A stretch of DNA of 64,000 nucleotides, from the NCBI GenBank assembly GCA_030141605.1, contig JAQGDQ010000182.1:248001-312000 (forward strand), in the 5' to 3' direction. The position numbers were made by a program, and so were the translations under genes. This DNA comes from Tubiluchus corallicola (lineage: Eukaryota; Animalia; Priapulida). Every line of letters begins with the position of its first letter. Position 1 is the stretch's first letter. Shown piece after piece: positions 48,256 to 62,000 of the stretch. The notes under the pieces are model-generated. The model worked only from the letters and a program-made list of their open reading frames with translations. It searched no databases and was not told the DNA's origin.

Positions 48256-51200
48256 ATCAGTTAAATCATTGTCATATAACTGGTTTATTGCTCAGACAGT
48301 CTTGCCAAAATTTACACATGTTACCAACATTGGTCCAGTATAAGATAGTTTTAAAGAAAGCGCACATCATTTAGCATGTTGGGTTTATTTTATTGCTGTG
48401 ACGTAAACTTGGAAGAATATAACAAAAAATTTGTAAAAACCTATCTATAAAGGTTTTTTATACTACAGCAGTAAAGAAACTTTCAGGCCCGGTGATAACC
48501 TCCATTCATTTGAAAATTATGACATGACTGGTGAACTTCATGACTTCATCTTGTCCTTGCGCAAGTGTGCGCTGCTTAATTCAAACAGAAGTAACACAAA
48601 ATTAGCTACCTGATTTGTTTATAAAAACGTATTATACCTTTCCCGAAATTGAAAGAGTACTGCTTTTCTTCGGTCGACAAATGGCATCATTGGTGGCAAA
48701 ATGTCCTGTCGAAACTGAAGTGCCCAAGAGTGAAGTGATCGCGACTTTAAAGTGATTTTACATATATACACAAGTCACTTGTTGCACTTTTATTACTAAA
48801 TTATTCTGACATTATTTGCAGACATTGCAATAAGCCTAACTTGCCAGAATGGTTAGCGGTTTCTTTAAATGAATTTACATTGCCTTATTTATACTATATT
48901 GCTGCGTAGTCAGAACATTGTGTCGTGAATAGCATAATGCTATAAGGATAGTGCGTTATTGTGGTAGTTATTTATTTTAATGCTGCCACCAAACTCGAAC
49001 AATAATAGTGAGTCAGTCAACAGTGTGTTTATCAATGTCCTTGCTTGCATATTAACTGTAGTAATGCCTTGCATGAGTTTCTGTATTACAATGCAGTACC
49101 TGTAGTTTATTTTTGCATTTTTAGTGAGTATATAGTTTTTAGTATCATACTGGTCCCATGTATAGGCCTAAATGTTCTACGTATTACTGTATACAGGAAA
49201 GTTAAGTTATAATATATTATTGTTATGTGAATAAATGGAAAAATTTAATAGCTTTACTACAGAATTTGTTAAAAATATTCTGATGAATAACCAAAGAAAT
49301 AACGAAACTCTAGATATAATTTTTTGCCTGAAGGTGTGGGTACATGTCCAATTGTTTGGCAATAAACTGAATTTTGCAATGATAAAAATATTTAAAACTG
49401 TTCTTCACTAATAGATGGTATTGAATCTTTATTGGCTGAGTGTAATGCAGTGTATAAATTAAATAGCCTAATACTTAGTAAAAAGTTTAGAGAAATAGGT
49501 GATTATGGTTATTTCTTAATGACATATGTAGCCAAGCAGTTGTGTTTATGTTTAGTGTAAAATTTGTAAAAAAAACTCTGTGTATTAAAGCATGCAAATG
49601 CTATAAAATATTCTGCATATAAAACTGTTCGATTCAAACACCCAAAGGTGCTTGCGTGAGGATTTCTGTAGGTTAGAAATGTGTCATAACACATTAGCAA
49701 ACAGTATAATGACATAAAATCCGTGATTTAGTTGTGGTTTATCTATCGAGTGATTGATTGTTTTGTTGTCAATATTGCCATGTAGAGATCATTGTTGAGT
49801 TTTGTTCATACAATTATTGTCAATATTTATTTTTAAGAAGCTGTTTTTTTACTGGCTTTAATATACATTCCACTGTTACATCAGTCTCTTATGTTTGTCA
49901 CAGTCATGTACAGAAGGTATGCATAATTATTATTTTCTGTTACTGAGAAAATTAAAATACAGTGTTTTTGTTGCTCAATAATGAATATTTATGACTTATA
50001 TTTCCGGCAACAGTGCACATCTCTTTCTTAAGCTGCCAATTAATAACTAGGTACCAGATTTTCTAGATTTAAACTTACACACAATTTCACTGCCATTAAT
50101 TTTATCCCCGGAACAGTTACATGCTTGTGGGCACATATCTGGAATTATTACATTTATACCGTTTACAGTTGCATTTAGCCATTACAGTTATTGCAGCATG
50201 TTTTAACTTTTAGTAAGATGTAGAGACTTGAATTTTGTTGCTCTGTAGTCTCTGTACCTATCTGATCGGGCAGCACAAACGGACAGTACGCATGCAAAGG
50301 TGTGGAAGGGCACCAAAGCATTTTTTGATAAAACCTATACTTTTAATTACGTGCTGTGCTTATCCTGTGTTTAGAGTCACCAAGGTTGATTTTCTACTAA
50401 GATATGTGATGCAATGAATACAGTAACTAACCAGTGATCACAAATTGCATGTTAAACATTACAAATTTTTATTTTTATCTGGCAGCATAAAGCTACTACA
50501 ATTATCTTGTCAAACCACTGAAAAACTAATAATAAATCTAAAGTCATTCTTAAAAGCAAACGGCAATTATACCAAAAAGAAAAAAAAATAAAACAGCAAT
50601 GCAAAAAATTATTTTAAGATAATAATTAATCATAACAGTACTATAACAAATTGAACAGGCAAACAATCGATTAAATAAATGTATAAATTTCACCTGAAAG
50701 AGAGCGCCAGTTGTAATCTAAGTGTTCCACAGGCTGTGATCTACTAAGTATTATTCTTAGTACAGCAATGATACAGCTTGTAAGTTTTTCGTACAGTACC
50801 TCTACTTAAATTTGGAACACTTGAGCTTAGTGCATCTGAGACCCCTTTTTTGATATCTGAACATTGAGGTGATAACTGTTTATAATATATACAAAACAAT
50901 TCCTACAAAAATCTGTCACACAATTCTTAATAATATAAAACATAAATCTGCACTAATCTACGCAAGGAAATCATGTATAATAACGATCATGCTGTTTTAC
51001 ACAACATTATAAACACCTTATTTAAATAAAAAAAGCTTAATCAATAATGATAAAACATAATAATTCGTTTCACAGAAAATTATGTGACCGGGTGTAGATA
51101 CGTCATGATATATAATGATTTATTCCTAATGGTAGTAAACTATAATATATACACAAATGTAAGCTATATCTGATTTACAAACATAATATAAATGCCATAT

Positions 51201-53039
51201 CAGGCCAATCATAAAAATACAGTGACATTATTATTCTTGATTTGCTAACAGAGGTCTGCATCAAGTGTTTTGTAAACAAAGCGACCATAAAGGTAAAACT
51301 AACATCTAATATTCATAACAATGTCAACCACAAACAGCCATGGAAGCATTCGCCATTCGAATAGCAAAATGTCGTAATAACAAGTGAATAAATATAACAG
51401 AAAATCATCAAAACAATCAAGTTTTTTAAACTTCAGTGATTATGATTTGATTTCATTGGATTATTGATAATCATGACATTTACAGCTGTCATGTGTTACA
51501 AACTTGGTCACCAAGCTTAATTATTATAAAAAAAATTTGTTAAGCGAAGACGCTATAGTAGTTATAATGTTCTAAAAATTCTAAAAGTAAACACCATTCA
51601 AATGTATGTAAGAGTAAATGTCTGAAGCAATAAAATTCAGGCAAAATTATATAATGGTACCCAATTGTTATATTCTCCATTTGATGTTTCAATCTCATTG
51701 CATATGAAACCACAAACAGTGAAAGGTGCATCCAAAACTTTTTCCTAGCATACAAAAATAACATCAGATTTTGAGGATAGAGGTTAGGCTAATAATCTGA
51801 GGCAGCACATGACACTGGTCAAAGCACGTATTTTTACCCTGAATACTACTAAGCTATTGCTTTGTATAATTATTGAGGTATAACAGGTAATCATTTTCAA
51901 GCAGTGACCAGTTCTCACTGTGGCTTTTTTCGCTTCAATTTTTCACTATTTTGTTAAATGCAAGCATCAGTACAAAACTCTGCATTTAATTCTTTTGCAT
52001 GTATGTTTGTAATGTTTAAAAGTTGCTGCTTGATGCATAACTCAAATTAGTGGTGTAAGTTCATCACTAAAATGAGGTAAGTTAGGGACAGACAGCTATA
52101 TGCTGTCAAGCAACAAGGAATAATGAACTTTAATCTTATTTAACCACAGCGAAGGCTGGTCATCTGTTAAGGCATGCAGATGGTGCTATTAACAATTAGA
52201 CAACACTAGTACAATTTATACTATAAAAAACATGAAGGGTGTTAGTCAGAGGTTTATCCGGTTACACATCTTGTACAAAAAAACCAGTTCTACCAATAAC
52301 TCTACTGAATGAAGTACCTGACCTACATTTTCACTAAAAATAACATTGTCTTTCACGTGTTAACCCTGAGTTACATTACAATGCGCCCGCTGTGAAAAAT
52401 AGACTGCTTTAATCTGCCTTGCATCAAACACCAAGCATTTTATTAATTAGCATAATTATGTGATGAGGTAATCAGAACACTGTGCATAGCATCAGCACAA
52501 ATTTCACTTCTAAAAGATAAATTATAAAAAAGTTTAAATACCAAGACAACATTAGAAGCACCCTATCATACAAGCAATTGAAGAAGGCATACCTAATACT
52601 GTAAACTAACAATCAAAATATGACGACATTACTGTACCCAATCAATCACGTACAACACACCCACAGCAACGGAAAAAACTACATTAACAATAATTACATT
52701 GGACCCAAATAATCGCATGTAGTAGGTGGTAATGTAACATTATACAAATTAGCCTATATTCTACGCAGTGTAAATCTGAAGTACCATACAGATCTTGATT
52801 ATCATCGATATCGCAAGCTCTTATTTATGTGGGTGATGATCTTCGAACTAAAAATATGAACTTGTGTGTAACATGCTTGATACTACTCTACATAATTATG
52901 TTTTTACATATGTATTAGCTATTATTTCTTTATATGTACAAGTGACTGACAATACACTACAAGTGAAAATCATGAGCAAGTACTTCTAATGATAAACAAT
53001 AATACAGTTGAACGATGATGATGATGATAATAATGCAGG

Positions 53040-56000
53040 CTAGTGTTCAGCATCGGGCGGTTCAGAACTGGCTGCTGCAGCACTTTCTGTGGCTTCGGAA
53101 TTAGCGTTCGATTTACTGAGTTTAGATGAGGTAGAAGCTTTATCGTCACCTTGCTTGGTGGTGCTGTCCTCGGTGCTGTTGCTGACGTGCACTGCCCTCT
53201 TGCGGTGGGATTCCTGCGAACAATGGTACTTGAACTCGTCTTGAGTAGCAAAGCACTGTTGATTGTGGCCTGTAATTTCACTAGATTTACACACACAACA
53301 TAGATACTGGATTTGAACTAATTTTAAAATAGCTCCAACATTTGAACCCACTGACGGACAGGCGGTACGTTGGTGATTTAGGCACAGTGCTTCAGCCGGA
53401 TACACTAGATGGCAGTTCTTGCAGACGAATCCCACCTCAACATCAGTCAGTTCAGCGAAGGAATAATCACTTGAAGAAAGGGAAGACTTCAGATCTTCGC
53501 TTGATAAGGAATCCTGACTAAACTTGACCATAGTGGCATTACCTTCAGCTAGCTTCTGAGAGATTTCATGTAATGTAGATGGTGGCACTTGCAATAATTG
53601 CAGAGGAGTGCCATGAGTCAGTGGATCATATGCCATCAATCCCGATGCACCTGTAAAATATAAAATAAAATCCAGTAGATGTATAAGGGACTTGTGACAA
53701 AGACACTGCTGCCTTATCTTAGAGGAATGTCATTAGATAATTAGCTAGATACCGGTCCTACCAGGTCTATGTACATTAAGAAAGTCCTGTGACTGAGTCA
53801 TGGCTTGCACACAATACACAGTGCTAAACTGTATTTATCTTTAATTGTTTATGCAGTAACAAATGTAGTACATACAAAAGTAACCTTTCTAAGCAAAGGA
53901 CGTGCAACTTCCGAGTTCAGAAACAAAAGGGCATGTAAAAAATAAAAGAAAACTAGATGCGTTAATCAACTCTTTCATGTTGCTTCATAGACCAGTAAAG
54001 AAATTCACATCTGTCACTTCATTTCTCTACTTGCCTCCCAATTTCCTTTTCCATCTTTAACACTCCAAAGCCTAATTTTCTTGATTAGAAAGAAAAGGCT
54101 CCTTCTTGGTAATTTACCGCAAAGGAAAATGTGATTAGCTCAAGAATGAGCAGCCTAACAACTCTTTGACTTTGCCAGTAAATCAGCAAACAAATGCCTG
54201 GTTTGTTAAATATTCAGGGAAAGCCATTCTGTATTCGTTAGTAGCCAATGCTTGAGGATGAGCTTGTTATAGGTGGCTGATCTGATAACTGATGTTTTTC
54301 GCCATCCCTTCCTATTTGTTTGGTTACTTAATTTCTATGTATTTTTTATTGGGATAAAAAATAAATGATTTGATTTAGGGGAAATTCAATGGCTTCACAG
54401 AAATTAAACAGACAGACTAAACTGGATTAAGTAAAGGGTCCAGATGGCCAACATGAAAAAAATTGCTAGAAAAAGTGTAGCTTTCATAATTAGAAAGGTC
54501 AGGCTATATTAAAGAACAAGGTCAAATGTTGACTGGATTTAAAGATTAGGTATTGACAAACAGAAGAGAATAGAATAACAACAGAATCAAAGATATTAGA
54601 ACATTACGAAGTCAAATTCAGAAATAAAACTTCGGGTAAATTAAAATGGCTGTCAGTAAGTACCAAGTCCAATATGCTTGAATTCATTCAAGTTAGCTAT
54701 GACTAAGCTTAATATGCAAGGTAATGTAAAAAAAACTTCTTGATAAATTTATCGAACATTGGCAAGTGGCAACTTAAACAACCCCTTGAACTAAATTTAA
54801 GCATCAATGTCGTATTGCTGAGCCTGAGAGTGACTGCAAGGATAGCATCAATACATATTTTAGACAAGTTTTACATGAATCTGCATCACCAAAGCTCCAC
54901 TAATTACCTCTTAACTTCGCAAAATTAGCTCGTAAGATAACAATAAGCCAGCAGTAACTACTATGGATTACCCTATAACTGCTTGCCAAGCAAATATGCA
55001 TGCTGTGTGAGGGATCCCTCGAGGTTTATCTCCTTATAAAATGGGGGAACATTAGCTTGGTTAAGTAATAAGTATCAGTTTATTGCAGACTTTAGTGAGA
55101 AGGCTACTAGTACACGATGAGCTTAAACTTTTCATAAGCTTGTTGCACACGTGGTAACGATTGCAATGTGAGTGGCTTCGCCTGCCACGTGCAATTAAGT
55201 CACTGCGTGACGTCCTACACACCTTAAAAAGAAAAGCTAACAGTCTCAGCTTGATATGAAAAGATAACATTTTCGTGACAATTTGCAGAATTGCCAAATT
55301 TGCTTTGATTTTCCTCACTCGTCTTTTCGATTTTTACTAAGTCTTTCTTTAGCTTCAGAGAATAGAAAATGAATCGTGCGAGAACAATAACAATAATTCT
55401 TGTAGAAAACCTGGTCAAATTTCTAACATATGCCGCCATCGAGACATGATGCCGACGTTGTATTTCACTACTTCTCTGATTTTCACAATTGAACTTTGAC
55501 ATCTAGAAAACTTCTTTCAAACTCGATTTAATTTCAATGATTTGGTTTGGAGGCGAATCAAATAAAGACAAGAACAAGACGAACAGAATAGCTGGGTCAT
55601 CACGTTAGCGAAAAAAGTTTGAAAACAACACTGAGTCTTGTAAGTACATGGATGGGTGAACCACTAAGCAAATCTTTTCCAGGCAGTTTCATCTCTGGAC
55701 AGCTATTTATTTCATTTTGGACATCTGTACACCCAAGCATGGCATAAGACACAACAGATCATAGACACATTACCTGCTGTACTCGCAATTCAACCATTCA
55801 ATTATACAATAGCCTGAGCTCTCTGACATAGGGAAACAGTTCATTAAGTATTGCTAGAACAATAAAGCTGTGCTCCCAGAATAGCTGCAGGGTAATTATC
55901 CTCATTTAGAAATAGTAATGAAGCCAAGGCAGAAGGAAAATGAAACCACTGATATCATGCGAACACATGACATGATTCTAGGAAAAAGGAGGGAGGAGAG

Positions 56001-59000
56001 AAAAATGACAGATACACAGAAAAGGGGAGAGGGAGCGAGTGATTTCTAAAGCGAATGCACATGTGCAGTAGTCCAGTTTTAGTTTTATAAAACAGTTTTG
56101 AGTAACTGAAGAGCAATCATTGCAGATTATTTGGTAATTGTTGTCAAAGGTGTAACCAAATAAAAAGCAAGATTTCAGAGTTTTATTTGTTTTAATGTTG
56201 TTCAGGACTCACAGTTTCGTCTACTTTTTTCTCCTCTACATTCTTTTGCTTATCTTTACCCCATTTCTTATTCTTTCTCAATTGTACATTAATACATTTA
56301 TACATTTATAGTACTTCTATAGCAGATTTGATAAACAAACAAACAAACAAACATACAAGCATACATACAAACAACAAACAAGCAAAGAGTGTACCAATAG
56401 TGAGAACAGGTATGGTTAAATACAATGTTCTAGAGCATAAAATTTTATCCTGCATTGTATGTTGGCAGCACATACTAATGAACTGTTAATTGAACACTAA
56501 TAAATCACATGAGATCACATCAAGCTGACAGTAACTATTGGCGACAAGTAGTGCACAATATAATGTATATTACTAATTATAGTTGGCCTGTTAATTAATG
56601 AATGTCATTGGATGCTGTCGCTAGTGGTAACAGCTGCATCATCTCGCCTACCTACAGCATCAGAGGAGGAAAATGACATTTTGTTATTAGAAGTCTGTTT
56701 AGACAATTTTTGTATGCGCTCATTGTAATGCACTAGTGAGTACAATAATAGTATGTTCTAGTCTGAGGGCACAGATAATGGAGACTATTTGCACTCGGAA
56801 GTATACATGTCTTTACAGCAACAAAGCTGGTTAGATCTTGAAGTTTCATGAATTTAAAATTGTGGTAAAAACAGTATGACTGTTATTTAACACAAATTAT
56901 TTTATTTATCTTCACTTTTTTCCCTCACAAGAAAATTAATAATAATTATAATCATGGTTTTAGAGACAAATGGACTAAGAAAGAAATAAACAGTTAAATT
57001 TAACAGGAAAGATGGAATACATTATTATGTTAATGCTAGTTTCCCTAAACTAGAGCTACAACAAGTTCATACCATGTTACAGAGAGAGTGACAAGCACAT
57101 GCAAACTAATGGTAAGGCAAGGAGAAAGTAAAATCACACGATCAAAGCATTTTAGTTTGGATTAGTGTAAAAACACTCACAAAAGAGCAAAATAGAAACG
57201 GGTCTTCTCGAAAACATTCTACACATTTTTGTTTTCTATCAAATTAGCAAACAAATTAAGTAATTGCAAGTAGAAGATTCATGTAGTTCCCAAAACAATA
57301 GATCAGACGCTCTACTGCCATTGATCGAGCAAAGTGGTTCAGTTGCAGTAAGTTAGTACCCAGGTGATCTCATGAAGGTAGGATGTCTTTGCATTTTACA
57401 GACTCAATTTTTCGCAGATTTCTTATTTGAGAAAAGTTAATTTTATCGAGTCCTGCTTGTACTTTCAAATTACAAGTACAAAAAACGGTAACTGTGATGA
57501 TCCACTGTGTCTAACACATATAATCAAATGCAAAGTCATGTTAAACACATCCACATGGAAATGGTATGCCATGCTAAGTACAGCCACATAGTACTCGTAC
57601 AATAACTATTTTTTATACTTCTGTTTAAATCATTATTATTTTAAATAAACATACCTGGCATCATTGCAGGATGCATGAATGTAGCAGCAGGCATGGCAAA
57701 TGGATTTAATCCACCAAACAAGTACGGGAAGTATGCCATCATCTCGGGAGAAGCAGCCAGGGCACCCATCCCTAAGGCAGCGGCTGGAAAATCGGCGAGA
57801 GGATTAAGTCCCATAGCCATAAGTCCACCCACTGCCTGTTGAACTCTGCTGGCCTCAGATGGTTCAGTCTTTGTCACAGTTTCCTATCAAACAAAACAAA
57901 AAAATTAAAGTGCATTGTTACTGAAACAACAAACTGGTTTATATGCTCATCAGCAGTCAATTTAGACACTCATGTGAGATATACCTGTCAGTCAGCACAC
58001 AACTTTTATGGAATGACAAGTACAAGTACATGGCATGTTGTAAAATATGACAGTCCTAAAGCAATGCTACAAAAGAAATTAAAGAGATAAAAAATATCAA
58101 AAATATGAGCAAGACTTCTGAAGCACACCTCAAACTATTTGATAATTATCTGTTATTCATTAAAAAAAATAAAATTAAAATAAGTGACTATTGATATCAG
58201 ATAGACAACCAAAGCTTTGCCAAGGTAGGCAAAATAGGAACTGTAAATAAAACAAATGTCAAGCAACTTACATAACAAAGCAAAAAAATACCTTAGATGA
58301 TGTAATTGCTTTTGTGTTTGTTGTTATTGATGCAGACGAGGTAGAAACAGAATTGTGAAGAGACTGGAGACCGGCCACTGATGCGGCACTTGGTGAAATT
58401 CCTAGGCTTTGAAGTCCTGCAATCGCCTGCAACTGCTGAACCATCTGAGTCTGCTGTGTTGCCATGGCTGCTGCAGCACGATCTGCTTCTTGTTGCCTGA
58501 CAAGCTGGGATAAGACCGGTTCGGGAAATGAGCTTGACGGCACCTCTTCCTGGTTTTGGACACAAAGTACGACATTGTCAATGTGCCGCTTTGTGAAAAT
58601 GTGATCCTGAATGGTCCACTTGTGTGAATAAGTAAACTTGCACATTTTGCATTCTTCTGGCGGACGATGGCTCAGATCTACTTCTTGCCCAAACTGTTTC
58701 GAAAGTGTCAGTTTGTGTTTCTTTTCTTTCGCCCTTGCATTCTGGAACCAAACTTGCACCACACGCTTAGGCAAACCAATCTCCTTACCGAGCAATTCGC
58801 ATTCTGCCATTGTCGGTGTCTTATAGTCAGCAAATAAGCACTTCATGACCTTGATTTGCAAGTTTGACATCTGAGTGCGATATCGCTTTGGATAACTTGA
58901 CTGTCGTAAACTACCAGTGCTGCTGTTAGGCGAAGTTGGATTCAGGTCCCCAGAATTGCTGAGATTGTCCTCATCCATGCTATGTGCTTCAGAAAATGTT

Positions 59001-62000
59001 TCAGAATGTTCAACATCCTCTGCACCAATTGGACGATCATCTTCTGCACTCTTTTCACTGTTATTAGACATCTGCATACCAGTAGATGATTTCTCCACAT
59101 TTTTGTTTTCTACATCAACGCGCACTGGTTTACTCAGATCTAATGGAATTTCTCCTTCCTGTTTATTCATTGCTGTTTTTGGAAGAACAAGCCCTGGTTT
59201 ATGGCTTGGAGAACTAAGTTCATCAAGGTAACGCTTGAGCGAATCCTCGTAAAAGCGTTTCATTGTACTGTGGACACTATCGGTATTCGAAGACAGGTTG
59301 AAAGTGGTCATAGGACTGGTAACTGCACTTCCTAGACCAACTGTTGCTGATGCGCTAGTCAAACTACCTTGCGACAACTCTGCCTCAGGCTCAGCATTTG
59401 GGATAGCATCAATATTAATTTCACTTCTGGATACTTGATCTGCATGTTTTGTTGCCAAATGTGATTCCAGGGCAGTACGAGCTTTAAACAAAGCTCTGCA
59501 AAATGGACAACGTTTATGTATTGTCTGATGGTGTGAACGAAACTGCCCTTTCCTTTCTCGAGCACGAGTATTCTGAAACCATACCTGCACGACTCTCTTT
59601 TTGAGGCCAACCTCATGTGCAATGCCTTCCAGCATCTTGCGACTTGGATTTGAATCAAGTTGGTACTGTTGGTATAAGAAATCCAATTGCTCAGGTAGAA
59701 TAGTTGTTCTTAACCTTTTGTCTTTATGTGAGTCACTCAGTGGATCTTCAAAAGCTTCCTCGGCTCTACGTTTTGCAGCCATTGTTTCTTGCGAAGAAAG
59801 ATGATCAATTGTGCTTTCCTTTGGCAGCTTTTCGAAAAGAGAAGGATTCATGTAGTGGATGTTTTGATGCTCTTGCCACAGATCAAAGCGTTTAAAAACT
59901 AAATTGCAGTGTTCACAAGAAAACAAGTAACCGGCATCGTCCTGGGACACAGACGGCTCAACTTGTGAAACAGAAACAGGTGCGGAAATGGGCGTCGCAT
60001 ACAAACTGTCTAAGCTAGTATCATTGCTGGCCTGACTTCCTTCAGAGAAACTTACGGGCGTAAAATCCGAACCAGGCTTATTAATTTCATCTTTGTAGCA
60101 CAATGTCTTCTGATGTTTGATTAACTCATAGTACCGTTGGAAGACTAATGAACACTTCTTGCATTGATAATTCAGGCCCGGCGTTCTTTTGTATCTAACT
60201 TCATCTTGATCACCTTCAGGAGGCGGTTGATTCTCATACATCTTTCTAGCTTTCTGACGTGCGTTTTGGAACCACACGACAATCACCCGTGGACTAAGAT
60301 TAAGAATTTTTGATAAGTGATCAAGATGATCGTCTTTTGGATAAGCATTCTGTTCAAAAGAGTCCTGCAGCATTTTGATTTGGAAATCTGTGAAACGAGT
60401 TCTGTTTGCTCTTCTGCTTAGATCTGGTGATCTGTGTTCTGGACCTAATGCATTGCTAGATCCTGGTGGAGGTGGCATAGCCACAATGGAGCCAGGACTC
60501 AAAGACATCAGAGGAGACACTGGACTTGTTGTTGTAGGTGGTACTATAGAGGATGGTTGAGTTTCAGTGGGCTGAGAGGACATGCAAGAAGTGACTTGTG
60601 ATAACGCTTCAGCTTTAATATTAGTAAGTGTAAATGCTGTACTAGAACTTGTTGAATATGAGGGAGCAGAACTAATTGTCGAAGGTATTGAGGTGGAAGA
60701 TGTAACAAGTGAAGGTTTTTCACCATCAGATGAACATGTTAACACAGGTGGTTTTGTGTCTTGTTTTTCATCATGTATTTCAACCTTAATTGGAAACATA
60801 GATGGTACAGTAGGTTTGCTTTCAGATTTCCCCTGAACTAAACTTGGTTGATGCAATTCATTTCCATCTTTTTTATTATCTTGTTGTACCTTTTTAGCCT
60901 TCAAAGCAACATTTATATCTCCAGTGCGTTCATATTCTTCCAAATTTAATGTTGTTGATGGAGGGTTGTTAAAGTTGTAAGGGGAATCTTTGTTTCTCTG
61001 TCTTTCTTTAAATAAAGTGTTTCTGAACCAATGTTTAATCACTTTTGGTGGCAACCCAGTCATTTCACACATTTCCATTATCTGTTCTTCATTTGGTGAG
61101 TTGTTAATATCAAAGTGTGCACGCAGAACCTTCAGCTGCTCATCGTTGATACGTGTTCGAGCACGTTTTTGTTCTTGCGATCCTAGTGCACTAGTTTGCT
61201 GCTGCTGCTGCTGAGCTGTAGGTGACGTGAAATCAGCAGTAACTTGTTGTACGTTATGCTGCTGCAAAGGATCGACATGGGGTGACATCATCATTGGCAA
61301 CAATGGGCGAGGTATGTTCATGGCAGCCAGCATTGGCATGTTCATGTTTACAGGAAAACCTAAGTTGAATCCAAGATTAAGCATACCAGGTGGTATCTGT
61401 GATAAATCAAGTGTTTGGAAGCTCTGCTGCTGAATCTGAGGAGTGGAAGTTGTTTCAGATGCAGCAGAAGTCGCAGGTGTTGCAGAAACATCTTGTTGCA
61501 AAGTAACTTCAGCAGAAGATGCGATGCTTGTCTCTGGTATTTGAGACTGTTGCTGATACATCAATTTCTTATCAAACTCTGACTTGAAAACTTCTGAAAA
61601 TTCTTCGACATCCTTCATTGGAACTGTTTCCTTGTGTACAATTTCTCTATGAGCTTTTAAAACCCAAATGCTAGAAAATTCTTTACAGCATCTTTGACAT
61701 TTGCTTTTGGCAAGTTCTGGAGGAGTAATCTTTTTGTTGTCTACAGCAACAGATTCTTCTGAATCTGCCTTTGGTTCATTAATCTTGTTACTTGTCTCAT
61801 TACTGTCTACAGCTGTTGCTTTCACACCCACATTTTCATCACCAGGTTTTCTTTCTTCTGGTTTCCTTTTTTTGCGATTTTCATTAAATTGCATCACAAT
61901 TTCAAATCCGTATCCTTCCAAAAGTCTCTTGTGAACAGATGGTTTCGCTTTTCTAGTACATGGCTTCGTTGATAAGATTTGTTGAACAGTAGGCTGAGCT

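Noticed and set aside
52594-52602. miR-8/200-family seed match in the ZFHX 3' UTR
   Set aside because: A single site in ~2.6 kb of AT-rich UTR is within chance; needs conservation data.
55061-55620. Short ORFs and CACGTG/TGACGT cluster in the last ZFHX intron
   Set aside because: No protein motif and no definable TIR or TSD; could be an enhancer or TE remnant but cannot be supported.
60138-60151. 14-nt near-complement to the miR-7 5' end within the ZFHX CDS
   Set aside because: Lies in zinc-finger codons, no precursor hairpin, plausibly chance.
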